From Eledone cirrhosa (taxonomy: Eukaryota): a stretch of DNA of 64,000 nt. Of the stretch, positions 25,735-39,489 are shown one piece after another. Numbering within the stretch: position 1 is the first letter of the stretch; each line of letters starts with the position of its first letter. Location: assembly GCA_964016885.1 (NCBI GenBank), contig OZ024760.1:31434001-31498000 (forward strand). Direction: 5' to 3'. The position numbers and the translations under genes were made by a program. Below the pieces are notes generated by a model that had not been told where the DNA came from, made no database searches, and worked only from the letters and a program-made list of their open reading frames with translations.

Positions 25735-27043
25735 GTTCAACATCATGTGCTCGGTCCAGCAAGGATGTCCCCTCTCATCCCTGTTGTACGTATTGACTCT
25801 CGAGCCGTTACTGCACAAACTGGAGATGTTGAGGGGGGATCCCACGTGAACTGGGATGTGGAAGATCCGTGTCAGCATATGCAGACGATGTCACGGTAGT
25901 GGTGTCGAACACCAAACACATCGAGGCGATCTGTACCACACTAAGAGAATATGAGGCGGTGACAGGAGCATTGATCAACCAGGAAAAGTTGGTGGGCCTA
26001 CAGCTTGGCACCTGGAGCGGCAGGTCCTTGCCATCCTACAGCGTCGTCGGGTGCTGGACGGACAGACCGGTTAAATTGCTAGGGGTCTGGTTCGGGTGGA
26101 AGTCTGGGACGAGGTGATGAGCAGGGTGGCTTCTCTCACCCAGAAATGAGCAGAGAGGAAGATATCTCTGAAAGGTCGAGCAGAGGTGGCGAATGCGTAC
26201 ATCGCGTCCGTCATCTACTACCACCTGACCGTCGTGCCTTGTCCTAAGCCTCTCCCACCTGACTGCACTAGAGCGTTTGCTCTTTCGCTTTTTGTGGAAG
26301 GGATGCGCTCCGATGGTCAGGCGGTCCATCTGCTGTCAACACCCGCTACGTGGAGGGCTGGGCATGCCGTGGCTGATGATCCACAGACACGCGCTCAGGT
26401 TACATCTCCACCTCTTCCTCGACGGTGATCAGGTGTGGTCGCCATTTGCTAGACGCGTCTTTCCCTAGCTGAACTCCTTGACGGAGCTGCTGGAATGTCT
26501 TCAGGCGCTCACAGCCCTCGACCAATCGGGCAATGTGATCGGTGGAAACTCCACCTTGGCGTTCCATAGAGGATTAGTGGAAGGGAAGAGCGACGACGTA
26601 CTTGGGGAATTGAGGAAACTCTAGGCATTGACGAAAATTAACTAGCCAATCTCTTCGGAAGAACTTTCGGGCCGGGGCCTATGGACAACTTCCAGAAATC
26701 GCTGGCCTGGCAGTGCTACCGAGGAGCTTTGCCAGTTCGGGATAAACTCTACAGGCATGGAGGTGCCGTCAGCCGGGCATATTCGAGATGCGCGCAGGGC
26801 AACGAAACCGTCCTGCACGCACTCGTCCAGTGTCCGAGCATTGCTGACTTGTGGGTTTATGTCGAACACCTGCTGTCGCGTGTAGAATTTTTCATTGTTT
26901 CTTTTTTGTTACATCTTATGTTTTTTTTTTTTTACACGCAGAAATGCCCATTTGTACCGTCCTGTACTGTCCTTAATGTCTACTTTGTGTAAATCCTTGT
27001 GGTTAATAAAGAAAGCATTATTATTATTATTATTATTATTATT
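25735..27043 (+). mobile_element. 5'-truncated Tx1/L1-type LINE with (ATT)n tail
   Basis: QQGCPLS, SAYADDVT, LLGVWFG, GGLGMP, zf-RVT-like ETVLHALVQCP; AATAAAGAAAGC followed by (ATT)n. Confidence 0.85.
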
Positions 27044-27049
27044 AATTAG

Positions 27050-27469
27050 GTCAAATTCGCTCTTCAATGGATTTGCTGTGGCGGAACAATCTGTTCTCTG
27101 AGAGTGTCCAAGTAGCTTCAGCCCTCAATGACAACCTGTACGCTGAATGTCTATACAAACGTGCTGGACATGATTACATCGTAGAAATACTGAAACAGAT
27201 GAAACAGTCGAGCTCAGCGGCAGTAGCTGGTACTGTTACTAACGACAACAAACAACAAACCTCTGAGATTGACAACACAGATGACAGCCTTTACACAGAC
27301 ATCAAGGCAGACTTGGAGAATGTTGTGCAGCTTTATAAGAAAGAAGGCAACCATTTAGGGTTGGGTAAATGTCACTTGTTACTTGCCAAACTCAATGAAA
27401 CAAACTCCAGATGTACCACTGAAGCTGTTGAGGCTTTCATCCATTTCAAATCAATTAATGTTGTAATTG
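27050..27469 (+). CDS. TRANK1: TRANK1-like exon
   Basis: taattag|GT..G|gtaaga, phase 1/1, matching both neighbouring exons; 140 open codons (GQIRSSMDLLWRNNL..SINVVIG). Confidence 0.75.
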
Positions 27470-27535
27470 GTAAGAGGATTATTTTTTTATTTTATTTTAA
27501 ACAACATCCTTGGTGTTTGTATATATATATATATA

Positions 27536-28110
27536 TCATCATCACTTTACGTCCGCTCTTCCCTGCTTGCAAGGGTGGGACGGGTCCTCTTCAGCACAGC
27601 ATCTCTCCACTTGTCACAGTCCCTCATCGTCTTCTCTGTGAGCTTCAGCGATCTGAGGTCTACTCTCACCACCTCCGCCCATGTTTATCGTGGTCTACCT
27701 CTACTGCATTTTCCTTCTACTAGGATTTCTTGGCACTTATTTACCCTGCGGTCATCCTCCATGTGCATCACATGTCCATACCATCTCAGTCTTCTCTTCC
27801 GTACACTACAGTTTATCCCTCTTATACACAATTTCTCTCTCAACTCATCCATGCTTGGTCGTTCACGCACATTGACATTGCACACCCATCGGAGCATGCT
27901 TGCTTCATTTTTCAACAGCCTTTGCATATCCTCCACAGTTGCTGCCCATGTCTCACTACCATGCAACATCACGCTTCTCACACAGGCATCATATAACCGA
28001 CCTTTAGTTCGTAGGGTTAAACCCTTCGTTGTCAATAGGTATATATTATAAAGAGTCAGGGCCCTGACGGCTGAGCGCTTGTTGTTTCAACAGCTACTTC
28101 TAGACTGAAA
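27536..28110 (-). mobile_element. Chimeric unit: short non-RTE head plus RTE 3' fragment
   Basis: RTE peptide [24 protein letters not shown]. The same junction recurs at 57322-57830. Confidence 0.7.
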
Positions 28111-28151
28111 CATGGAACTATATATATATATATACACATACATATATATAC

Positions 28152-28183
<32 letters not shown>

Positions 28184-28338
28184 ACATACATATATATATA
28201 AGGAATTTTGTAGTTTACTTGAAGCGTTGTATATGGTATAAAGAATTTGAAGTTTGAAAGGCACAACAATGCGGATTGGATGGAAAATAATTAAGTCGTA
28301 AGAAACAGGTGAAGTTTTTTTACCTTAATTTATTCATG

Positions 28339-28376
28339 TCCTGATATTTCGAGATTGATATCTCTTCTTCTGAGGA
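28339..28376 (-). ncRNA. Minimal hammerhead-like motif with variant core CAGAAGA
   Basis: TCCT-CAGAAGA-a-GAGAT atca ATCTC-GAAA-TA-TC-AGGA. Confidence 0.55.
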
Positions 28377-28999
28377 AAATAAAGGAACTATAAGGCAGTG
28401 AATTGGCAGAATCATTACAATAGATTGTGGTATTTGTTCCAGTTCTCTCAGGTTCAAATCCTGCCAAGGTTAACTTTGCACTTCATCCTTTCGAGATCGG
28501 TAAAAGAAGTACCAGTCTAATTCTGGGATTGATTCTTCCTCTATATCTCTTTTTCACTTCTATTCTCTCACTTTCTTTGGGAGAAATCTGCTGTATTCAG
28601 GCCTGGAGATGAAATGGGCTCTGCTAGAGAAGTGCCATAGAAATGACATCACTATGGCACTACTACAACTTTCTGGGGAGTTATGACACCATACGATATA
28701 TATATATATATATTGATAGTCTGTTGTACTGGGACTCGGAAGACCACAAATCAAGGAAGTACTCAATACAAGATTCAGAGTGGATATAGAGATATGAAAA
28801 AACCTGGTGCCAAGTGTCTTCAGCTGAAACTGCTTGGCACCGTGGTCTGGACTACACTTGTCTCTATCTCTCTATATATATGTTTGTATATAAGCGATAT
28901 ATTTATATATAGCGAGACATGGTCACCCGACCAACCTTGCCTCAAGTGGGACAACTCCCGTCTAACCCATGCTAGCGTGGAAAATGGACGTTAAACGAA

Positions 29000-29031
<32 letters not shown>

Positions 29032-29086
29032 GTATATAGGCCTTCAATGTTTATTTGTGAACATACCATCATTAGATATACTACAT

Positions 29087-29134
<48 letters not shown>

Positions 29135-29433
29135 CTCATATAGAACTGATTTTGGCTATATATATATATATAGCCAAAATCAGTTCTTTGTGAGCAAGAC
29201 ATGATCACCTGACCTGGCATTGTCCACAACAGGACAACCTGTCTAACCCATACTAGTGTGGAAGAATGGACGTAAAACATTGATGATGATGATGATATAC
29301 ATATCTGTGTGTGTGTGTGTATATATATATTATGATTTATATATATACATACTATATAAGTGTGTGTGTGTGTATATATGTGTATATGCATATATATATT
29401 ATGATTTATATATATATATATATATTTTTTTTT

Positions 29434-30073
29434 CTAGGGCGGGTAAAATTCCCGAGATCCATGGACGAGTTCTCTCATTATTGCTGCCATGTCCTGCTTC
29501 TCCAACAGACCAGTCTCTGTCCTTAGGGCATCAATATATGTTAACCTTGGTCTTCCTCTTCCAGTGTGTCCATGTAGGGGCTCCCACAGCAGCACTGAGT
29601 GCAATGTCAACTCTGGATGTCGGTGAGCATGTCCAGCTAACCTCAGTCTCCTCTGTGTCACTTTTGAGCTGACTTTTGGGAGACTCCCATACAGCTCTGA
29701 GTTTTTCATCCTCAGTGTATACTGATTAATGTTCAGAGCCATCCTCAGCATTCTCGTGTAGCACCCATCCACGATCTGCGTGAGTTTCTTGGTCAGTGTC
29801 CAAGTCTCAGACCCGTACAGCAGCACAAACTCCACTACAGCAATGAAGAGGCGGATTTTCAGGTCTTTTCGAAGGTCCGACTTCCTCACCGATCTCAAGC
29901 TGTGGCACGCCGCCCAGGCTTTGCTCTTCCTCTCAACCACATCATCTTCCGTATTCCCAATCTTTGCTCCCAAATACAGGAAGCCCTCAACCAATTCTAG
30001 CGGCTTCCCGTCTACATTAGCGATCCCCTCTGGCTTCTCAACATTCTCTACTAGATATTTTGTTTTAGTCTCA

Positions 30074-30075
<2 letters not shown>
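29434..30075 (-). mobile_element. 3' fragment of a different RTE-group LINE
   Basis: NETKTKY, FLYLGAKI, LLYGSETWTL, RRLRLAGH, GRPRLTYID. Confidence 0.8.
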
Positions 30076-30160
<85 letters not shown>

Positions 30161-30162
30161 AT

Positions 30163-30826
30163 AGTAATAATAATAAATTTGAAGACTAAAATCCAAAGAG
30201 GGCTCGATAAGGATAAATATATATCAAATATATAAGAACCGTAGAGCAAATATTTATTAAAATAACAGATTAAAGTTTAAGCAAAGAATCGCTGCTTTCA
30301 CCCTTAACGGGATCTTCTGAAACTAATAAAGTCAGTCTGTAAACACAGAACTGGATATTTCAAAAAACGTTGCAACTGGAGGAAGACAGGAAGACGATAC
30401 TTTGGTTCGTGGAAACGTTCGCTATGCAAATAAGTAATGGTATAAACAAAACATATACTTAGCTCCCACATCAAGACGTAAAATATCCATGTATAGATCG
30501 TACTATCCGTTAGGGTATAACGTGGGGTATAATACAGGAAAGTTTTGTGCAATTTATGTTTACAAGCCGAAAATGCCTCAGATTTTTTGTTTAAGATGTG
30601 GTCTGTGGCGTAGAGTATTTCCACTTATTTATATAAATACTTACTTATTTGCATAGCGAACGTTTCCACGAACCAAAGTATCGTCTTCCTGTCTTACTCC
30701 GGTTGCAACATTTTTTGAAATATCCACTTCTGCGTTTACAGATTGACTTTGTTAGTTTCAGAAAATCCTGTTAAGGGTGAAAGCAGCGATTCTTTGCTTA
30801 AACTTTAATCTGTTATTTTAATAAAT
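30163..30826 (-). mobile_element. Internally deleted PLE copy with an inverted arm, same family as 15200-17588; HHR variants at 30274-30324 (-) and 30754-30804 (+, degenerate)
   Basis: Near-identical to 15200-15460 and 16330-16525; 30640-30826 is inverted. Confidence 0.8.
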
Positions 30827-32442
<1,616 letters not shown>

Positions 32443-32444
32443 CA

Positions 32445-35400
32445 TTATCATCATCATCATCAACGTTTAACGTCCGTGTTCCACGCTTGCATGGGTTTGG
32501 ACGGGGGTAGTCCCACTTGAGGCAAGAGTGATTGTCTTGCTCGCATAGGACTGTCTGGCAGGTTTTCTACAGTTGGATGCCCTTCCTAACACCAACCACA
32601 TTTACAGTGTGGGTCTGGGAGGTTTTTACCGTGTTGCCTACACGGCCACATTACAGCGTGGACTGTGTGTTTTTTTGTCGTGACACCTACACGATCTCAT
32701 TTGTTTCGGCCCGGATGGCGCGGCACCAACATAACTTTACATAGGACGGGGTGGTGTGGATGGGGTGGGGGTGGTGGTGGTGGGACGGGGTGTATTTTGT
32801 TAGAGATGCCTACTGGCAAGGCGGGTCTTCTCTGTTACTGAGTACCGCCAAAGGTCTCGGTCCAGTGACATTGTCTTGGAGAGGTGTAAGTGTGTGAGGT
32901 CGGAGTTTATCAGCTCGTCCCAGGTTTTTCTAGGTCTGCCTATTCCGTGGCTACCGTCTATCTTTATTGCCCTGCACTTTGTTATACAGCTATCGACTTT
33001 CATGCGCATCACGTGTCCATACCAACGTAGCCTTCTCTCGAGTAAACAACATCTGATCCCTCTTATCTCTAATTTTTTCCTTAGTTCGTTTATGCTTTGC
33101 CGTTCACGTATATTACTGTTACACATCCAGCGGAGCATGCAAGCTTCGTTCCTCTCTAGTCTGCGTATATCCTCTGCACACAATGCCCAGGTCTCACTGC
33201 CATGCAACATTGCTGTTCGTATGCAGGCATCGTACAACCTGCCTTTCATTTTTAGGGAGAACCCTTTAGCAGCTAATAGTGGTATAAGCTCTCTGAACTT
33301 TTTCCAACCAGTTCTGACTCTAGCTACAGTACTTTCAGAGCACCCTCCCCCACTGCTGATTTTATCGCCCAGGTAACGGAAGCTGTCCACTATTTCTATA
33401 GAACCCTCTGCGCAATTGAAAGAGCTAGTATTGTGTGGGCACTTGCTGCTACTTATTGCACCAGAACACCGGCCACATGTAAAATCTATGTTCTTAGTTA
33501 GCTTACCTGTGATCCCACTACATCTTTTATGCACCCATACTTTGCATTTAGGACACAAAATGGAGTTTCTACCTACGCCTTTCCTACACACCGAGCACGA
33601 CCATTTCCCAGAAGGGACCGCCGCCTTGTTTTCTTTCCTACAAACTAGAACTTTGGTCTTAGCCAGGTTAATTTTAAGTCCTTTTGACTCTAGGCCGTGC
33701 TTCCATGTTTGGAATTTCTTCTCTAGCTCGGCCATTGATTCCGCTATGAGTGTCAGGTCGTCTGCGTATAGGAGTTCCCATGGGCAGCCTGTCTTGAACT
33801 CCTCTGTTATAGCCTGAAGGGCAATAATAAATAGTAGGGGGCTGAGAACAGAGCCCTGATGGACGCCAACTTTTACGCTAAACTCTTCACTATATTCGTT
33901 GTTAATTCTAACCTTGCTGACTGTTTCTTTATACATGGCTTGTATAGCCCTCACAAGCCATTCGTCAACGCCTAGTTTTCTAAGAGCCCACCAGATAATG
34001 GAGCGGGGGACTCTGTCGAAGGCTTTCTCCAAGTCGACAAAAGCTAAGTAGAGGGGTTTACCTTTAGCTAGGTACTTCTCCTGTAGTTGTCGTACTATGA
34101 AAAGAGCGTCTGTGGTACTTTTGCCTGACACAAACCCGAACTGCATTTCATCTAGGTCAATTCTCTCTCTGATTAGTTGCGCTATTACTTTTTCTGTGAC
34201 CTTCATGACCTGGTCGATTAATTTAATGCCTCTATAGTTACTCCTATCTAGGGCGTCTCCTTTACCCTTATAACAGTTAACGATGATGCTGCTATGCCAG
34301 TCCTTCGGAACAGCCCCATTCTGTACGACTTGGTTAACTATGCGGGTGACCATGGTGTGTCCCACCGTGCCAGATGCCTTCAGCATCTCAGCAACTATTT
34401 CCGCAGGCCCAGCCGCCTTACCTGTCTTCATATCCTTGATTGCCTTACTTATTATACTCCCCTCGACTAACACTGCTGGTCCCTCTATTGGGTCGACATG
34501 GGGGAGACTGTCTTTCTCCCATTTATTCTCCTCATTTAGTAGCCTTTCATAGTGACACTTCCAAGCTGCCTTCTTATCAGTGTCGGTGATGGCAAGTATG
34601 CCATCATCGTTAAGTACACACTTCTCCCCGACAATATCACGGTTTTCCTTGACGCATTGCCTAGCAATCCTGAACACCTCACGTTTTTGGTCATCGCGTT
34701 GTAGGACATGCTTGAACTTTCTTTCCTCAGCTTCCCTTCTTGCTAAGTACACTTCTCTCCTAGCTTCCCTCCTGGCCACTTGATAGTCTACTCTACTTCC
34801 CCCATCCCGCCATACTTTCCAAGCCTGCTTTTTGGCCTTAATTGACTCCTCCACCTTACTGTTCCACCACCATGTTACTCTCCTCCTGCCTACAGGCCTG
34901 CTCCAGCCACAGACTTCGTCTGTGGCCAACAGCAGGTTTGCTTTCAGAAATTCCCACTGTCCCTCTATATTGTCCGACTCTAAGTGTTCTTCCTTACTGT
35001 CGAAAGCATCAAGTAATATGTTTTGAAATTTATTTTTGGCTGTGGGGTCCTTTAGCTTCCATATTTTTCTCCTGAGGATAGTCCTCTTCTGCTGTCGAGT
35101 ACGTCTCGACCTGACTATGAGGTCGCTAATTATCAGTCTATGTTGGGAGGTGCATTCTTCATGGGGGAGGGATTTAGTGTTTACAACAGACACTCTGTCA
35201 CGTCTTCTGGTAAGGATATAATCTACCTGGCTTGTGTGTTCCCCGGATCTATAGGTGATCAGGTGATTGTCACGTTTTTTGAAGTTAGTGTTACAGATAG
35301 TTAGGTTATTTGCATCACAGAATTCCAGGATTCTGGAGCCTTCCTCATTTCTAGTACCAAACCCATAGCCTCCATGGATTTCGTCGTAGCCGTCACAATG

Positions 35401-35729
35401 TTGCCCAACGTGACCATTTAGGTCGCCTGCAATAATTATATAGTCACTGTCAGATATTTGGGAGGTAGTGAGCATCAGTGTCTCATAGAATCTGTCTTTT
35501 ATAGTGCCGGGCAGTCCGGATTGGGGTGCATACGCAGATATTACTGTCACCGTAGTTCTATTGAGGACAAGTCGTATTTTAATTATTCTGTCGTTCACTC
35601 TATTTACGTCTATTATCTTATCCGCCCACTTTTCTGCTACCATGATTCCTACTCCACCCAGCCCATCGTCGTTTCCCACCCAGAAAAGCTTATAACATCG
35701 TTTTTTACCCTCAATGAATCTAGCAGACC

Positions 35730-35730
<1 letters not shown>
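32445..35730 (-). mobile_element. Young RTE-clade LINE with an uninterrupted 959-aa APE-RT ORF (32800-35679), 5'-truncated
   Basis: APE motifs SAYAPQ, AGDLNGHVG, QVDYIL, SQHR. RT motifs AFVDLEKAFD, GVHQGSVLSP, LLYADDL. 3' UTR and (GAT)n tail present. Confidence 0.95.
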
Positions 35731-35824
<94 letters not shown>

Positions 35825-35862
35825 TATATATCTATATATATTTATATATATCTATATATATT

Positions 35863-35900
<38 letters not shown>

Positions 35901-35952
35901 TATATATATATATATATTTATTTATATATATATATAATTATATATATATATT

Positions 35953-35987
<35 letters not shown>

Positions 35988-36136
35988 ATTTATATATATA
36001 TATAAATATATATTTCGTTTCTGAATTTGTTTAGCAAGATTCTTTATCTGAAATCGTGTGTTGAAACCGATATTGTGTTGAAACCGATATTGTTATACTT
36101 TGGCAACATGACCCTCCCAAAGTATAACAATATAAA

Positions 36137-36223
<87 letters not shown>

Positions 36224-36226
36224 ATT

Positions 36227-36257
<31 letters not shown>

Positions 36258-36276
36258 ATTTATATATGTATATATT

Positions 36277-36319
<43 letters not shown>

Positions 36320-36452
36320 GTAGATAAATCTACCAAGAGTTTACGGTAGTGTCCAATCCGTATGAAGAACTCAATGTAGTCCGGATATCATGGAAAGAAG
36401 AGATGCAATGAAAAATCACTTTCGGTGAAAGATAAACGGAATACAGAGTCAA

Positions 36453-36885
36453 GATAAAATATTAAAAAAATAATGAATAAAACAATGAAACAGTTCCTTA
36501 TATTAAACAAAAAAAGTTCATTATTTAACGATCGTTTCTAGGATATATATGTGTTAGAATTGGCATGCATATTCAACAGATCTATGTACAAAATTATACA
36601 AAATTATACAAACTATCAAGATTAAATATACATACCAAACACACATATATGCCGTCTTCAGAAATAAATATTATTTCTGAAGACGGCATATATGTGTGTT
36701 TGGTATGTATATTTAATCTTGATACTTTGTAAAATTTTAAATAATTTTGTACATAGATCTGTTGAATATGCATGCCAATTCTAACACATATATATCCTAG
36801 AAACGATCGTTAAATAATGAACTTTTTTTGTTTAATATAAGGAACTGTTTCATTGTTTTATTCATTATTTTTTTAATATTTTATA
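36453..36885. mobile_element. Hairpin of about 430 bp (PLE-type inverted pLTR) with back-to-back HHRs
   Basis: Arms of about 215 bp, near-perfect, centred at about 36668. Confidence 0.8.
36670..36818 (+). ncRNA. Type I hammerhead with extended stem II; inverted copy at 36520-36667 (-)
   Basis: ATTATTT-CTGAAGA-cggcATATATGTGTGTT..AACACATATATATccta-GAAA-CGATCG-TT-AAATAAT. Confidence 0.65.
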
Positions 36886-36915
36886 TTTATATATATATAT
36901 ATTTATATATATATT

Positions 36916-36968
<53 letters not shown>

Positions 36969-36985
36969 TTATATATATATATATT

Positions 36986-37018
<33 letters not shown>

Positions 37019-37021
37019 ATT

Positions 37022-37054
<33 letters not shown>

Positions 37055-37189
37055 ATTTATATTTATATATATATATTTATATATATATATATTTATATAT
37101 ATGGAAAGTTATATTTAAATTGTTGGGTTAACAACGAGTAAATATTTATAACTGATATAAAAGCACTCAACAAGTATTTGGAGTATATT

Positions 37190-37595
37190 TATGATATTAA
37201 ATAAATGGAAACTATATTTATAAAACCATATTTATTTCATTATATATATTTCAGGGATATCATATTAACAATATGTTATGCCATCTTCAGACAAAATACA
37301 ATATAAACAGTCTTATAGATACGACATACCTTTCAATCACCTTGCATTTGTGAGGTTGATTTGGCAGTAAAAAATATTGTGGACAGTTGTAAAAAGAAAG
37401 AGATAAAGAGAGAAAGAAAGAGAAACGAAGAAAAAGAAGAAATGTATGTGACTAAATAGAGGGATATAGAAAGATAGATAAAGAGAAGAACTTCATGTAA
37501 AGAAACAGAGAGAAATATATATAGAGAGAGGAAAAAAGAAAGAGATATATAGAGATAGATAGAGAAATTAGGAAGTTGAGTATCGGTTGATACAT

Positions 37596-37626
<31 letters not shown>

Positions 37627-38025
37627 GCTCTAGTATTAATGTAAAGAGAGATGTATGTAGTTAAGAGAGAAAATAGCCGTTATATAGAGAGAAAAAAGAG
37701 AAAATGAAAAAGAGAAAATGAAACATAACCAGACATAAACGATGCAGAATTTAAAACCGCTATGTTTTATCCGTAGAAAATATTAGTTCGTATAAAACAG
37801 GCATTATAATGTAAGTACCAGTATTCATGAAATTTTTTACTGCCAAATCAACCTCACAATGCAAGGTGATTGAAAGGTATGTCGTATCTATTTATTTATA
37901 AGACTGTTTATATTGTATTTTGTCTGAAGATGGCATAACATATTGTTAATATGATATCCCTGAAATATATATAACAAAATAAATATGGTTTTATAAATAT
38001 AGTTTCCATTTATTTAATATCATAT
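37190..38025. mobile_element. PLE-type inverted-repeat element
   Basis: About 37190-37375 is the reverse complement of about 37833-38025; an HHR sits in each arm. Confidence 0.75.
37916..37981 (+). ncRNA. Type I hammerhead ribozyme; inverted copy at 37233-37298 (-)
   Basis: TATTTTGT-CTGAAGA-tgg..CATATT gtt AATATG..cct-GAAA-TATATA-TA-ACAAAATA. Confidence 0.7.
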
Positions 38026-38054
38026 ATTTATATATATATATTTATATATATATA

Positions 38055-38300
38055 TATATTTATTAAAATAACAGATTAAAGTTTAAGCAAAGAATCGCTG
38101 CTTTCACCCTTAACGGGATCTTCTGAAACTCTAAGTTTCTGAGTTTCAGAAGATCCCGTTAAGGGTGAAAGCAGCGATTCTTTGCTTAAACTTTAATCTG
38201 TTATTTTAATAAATATTTGCTCTACGGTTCTTATATATTTGATATATATTTTCCTTATCGAGCCCTCTTTGGATTTTAGTCTTCAATTTTATTATTATTA
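38055..38300 (+). mobile_element. PLE pLTR remnant: hairpin of two CAGAAGA-variant HHRs, 38080-38130 (-) and 38142-38192 (+)
   Basis: Same sequence as 15200-15363; arms separated by 11 nt. Confidence 0.75.
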
Positions 38301-38301
38301 C

Positions 38302-38341
<40 letters not shown>

Positions 38342-38876
38342 TATATATTTATATATATATATTTATATATATATATTTACCACTGCGATTCTGTGTTTTT
38401 TTCTCTCTCTCTTACTGTTCCCCCATTCTCTCTGTTTCTCCCCCTCTGTCTTGTCCGTTAACTCTTCCTCACACTTTCACTCACTCACTGTTTTTCTCCC
38501 TCTTCTCTTCATTTCATCCTGCACTCACGAACGCTATATTTTTCTCTCTCTGCTCATAGCCCTCGTTCGTGTAGGTTCTATTCTCTAAGCGCTCATATAT
38601 TCACCTAGCTTATGCTAAACAGAATAATTTTTGAAGCTTGTTTCTGTCCCCTACGGTATGCTATACTTTCGGTTGTTCTCCTGTCTCACTCGCTTTACGC
38701 GTTTTAATTGTCCTAATAACTTATTTTGGTTATTATTGCACCGAAGTGAGATATATGATTTTTAATGCAATGAAATATCTATGATCTTCGGCAAATCACT
38801 GATGAGGGACTTATTTTATTACATGTTATCCATGTGCTACCTGCAGTATTTTTCTCTATATTTTAATATATATATT

Positions 38877-38908
<32 letters not shown>

Positions 38909-38982
38909 CTATATATAGAGTTATAAATTCAAACAGTCTTTTACAATTAAATAGCTCAAAGAAAGAGATATTTCTGAGCCAT

Positions 38983-39452
38983 GAAATACAAAGTAATATA
39001 TGATAAACACTAATACAAGTATATAAGTGTTTGTATTGCAAATGACCAAGTTAGCTAGATTGAAAAATACTAATTAAATTAATACAGTTTGCCTGTCTCG
39101 ATTTAAAATAATAAATCAATAAAAACAAACCCATATTGGCAATAGCCGTGATACCTGGACAAATTTAAATTTCAAAACTCAAATCTGTTTCGCAACAATA
39201 AGTGAAAATTCCATTTCTGTGCTCAGCTGCAGGTATCCAGAAATTGGTATGTTTCACTTCAAAATACTTAGGAAGACTGAGAGAAAATGTGTTGTTGAAC
39301 GCACATGGTGTCCCAGCGTCTAGCCAGTCCTAACTCGTGCCACCAGAAATAGCAGCCGTTTTTATGGGACTAAAAAATTAGCTAACTTGGTCATTTGCAA
39401 TACAAACACTTATATACTTGTATTAGTGTTTATCATATATTAATTTGTATTT
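38983..39452. repeat. Inverted repeat with arms of about 72 bp
   Basis: 38983-39057 is the reverse complement of about 39379-39452. Confidence 0.8.
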
Positions 39453-39489
39453 GTAATTTGTATATTTATATATTATATATATATTTATT

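Noticed and set aside
32876-35221. Plus-strand ORFs opposite the RTE ORF
   Set aside because: Antisense shadows of the LINE reading frame
38795-38845. CTGATGAG as a possible hammerhead
   Set aside because: No downstream GAAA or NUH; at best a truncated half
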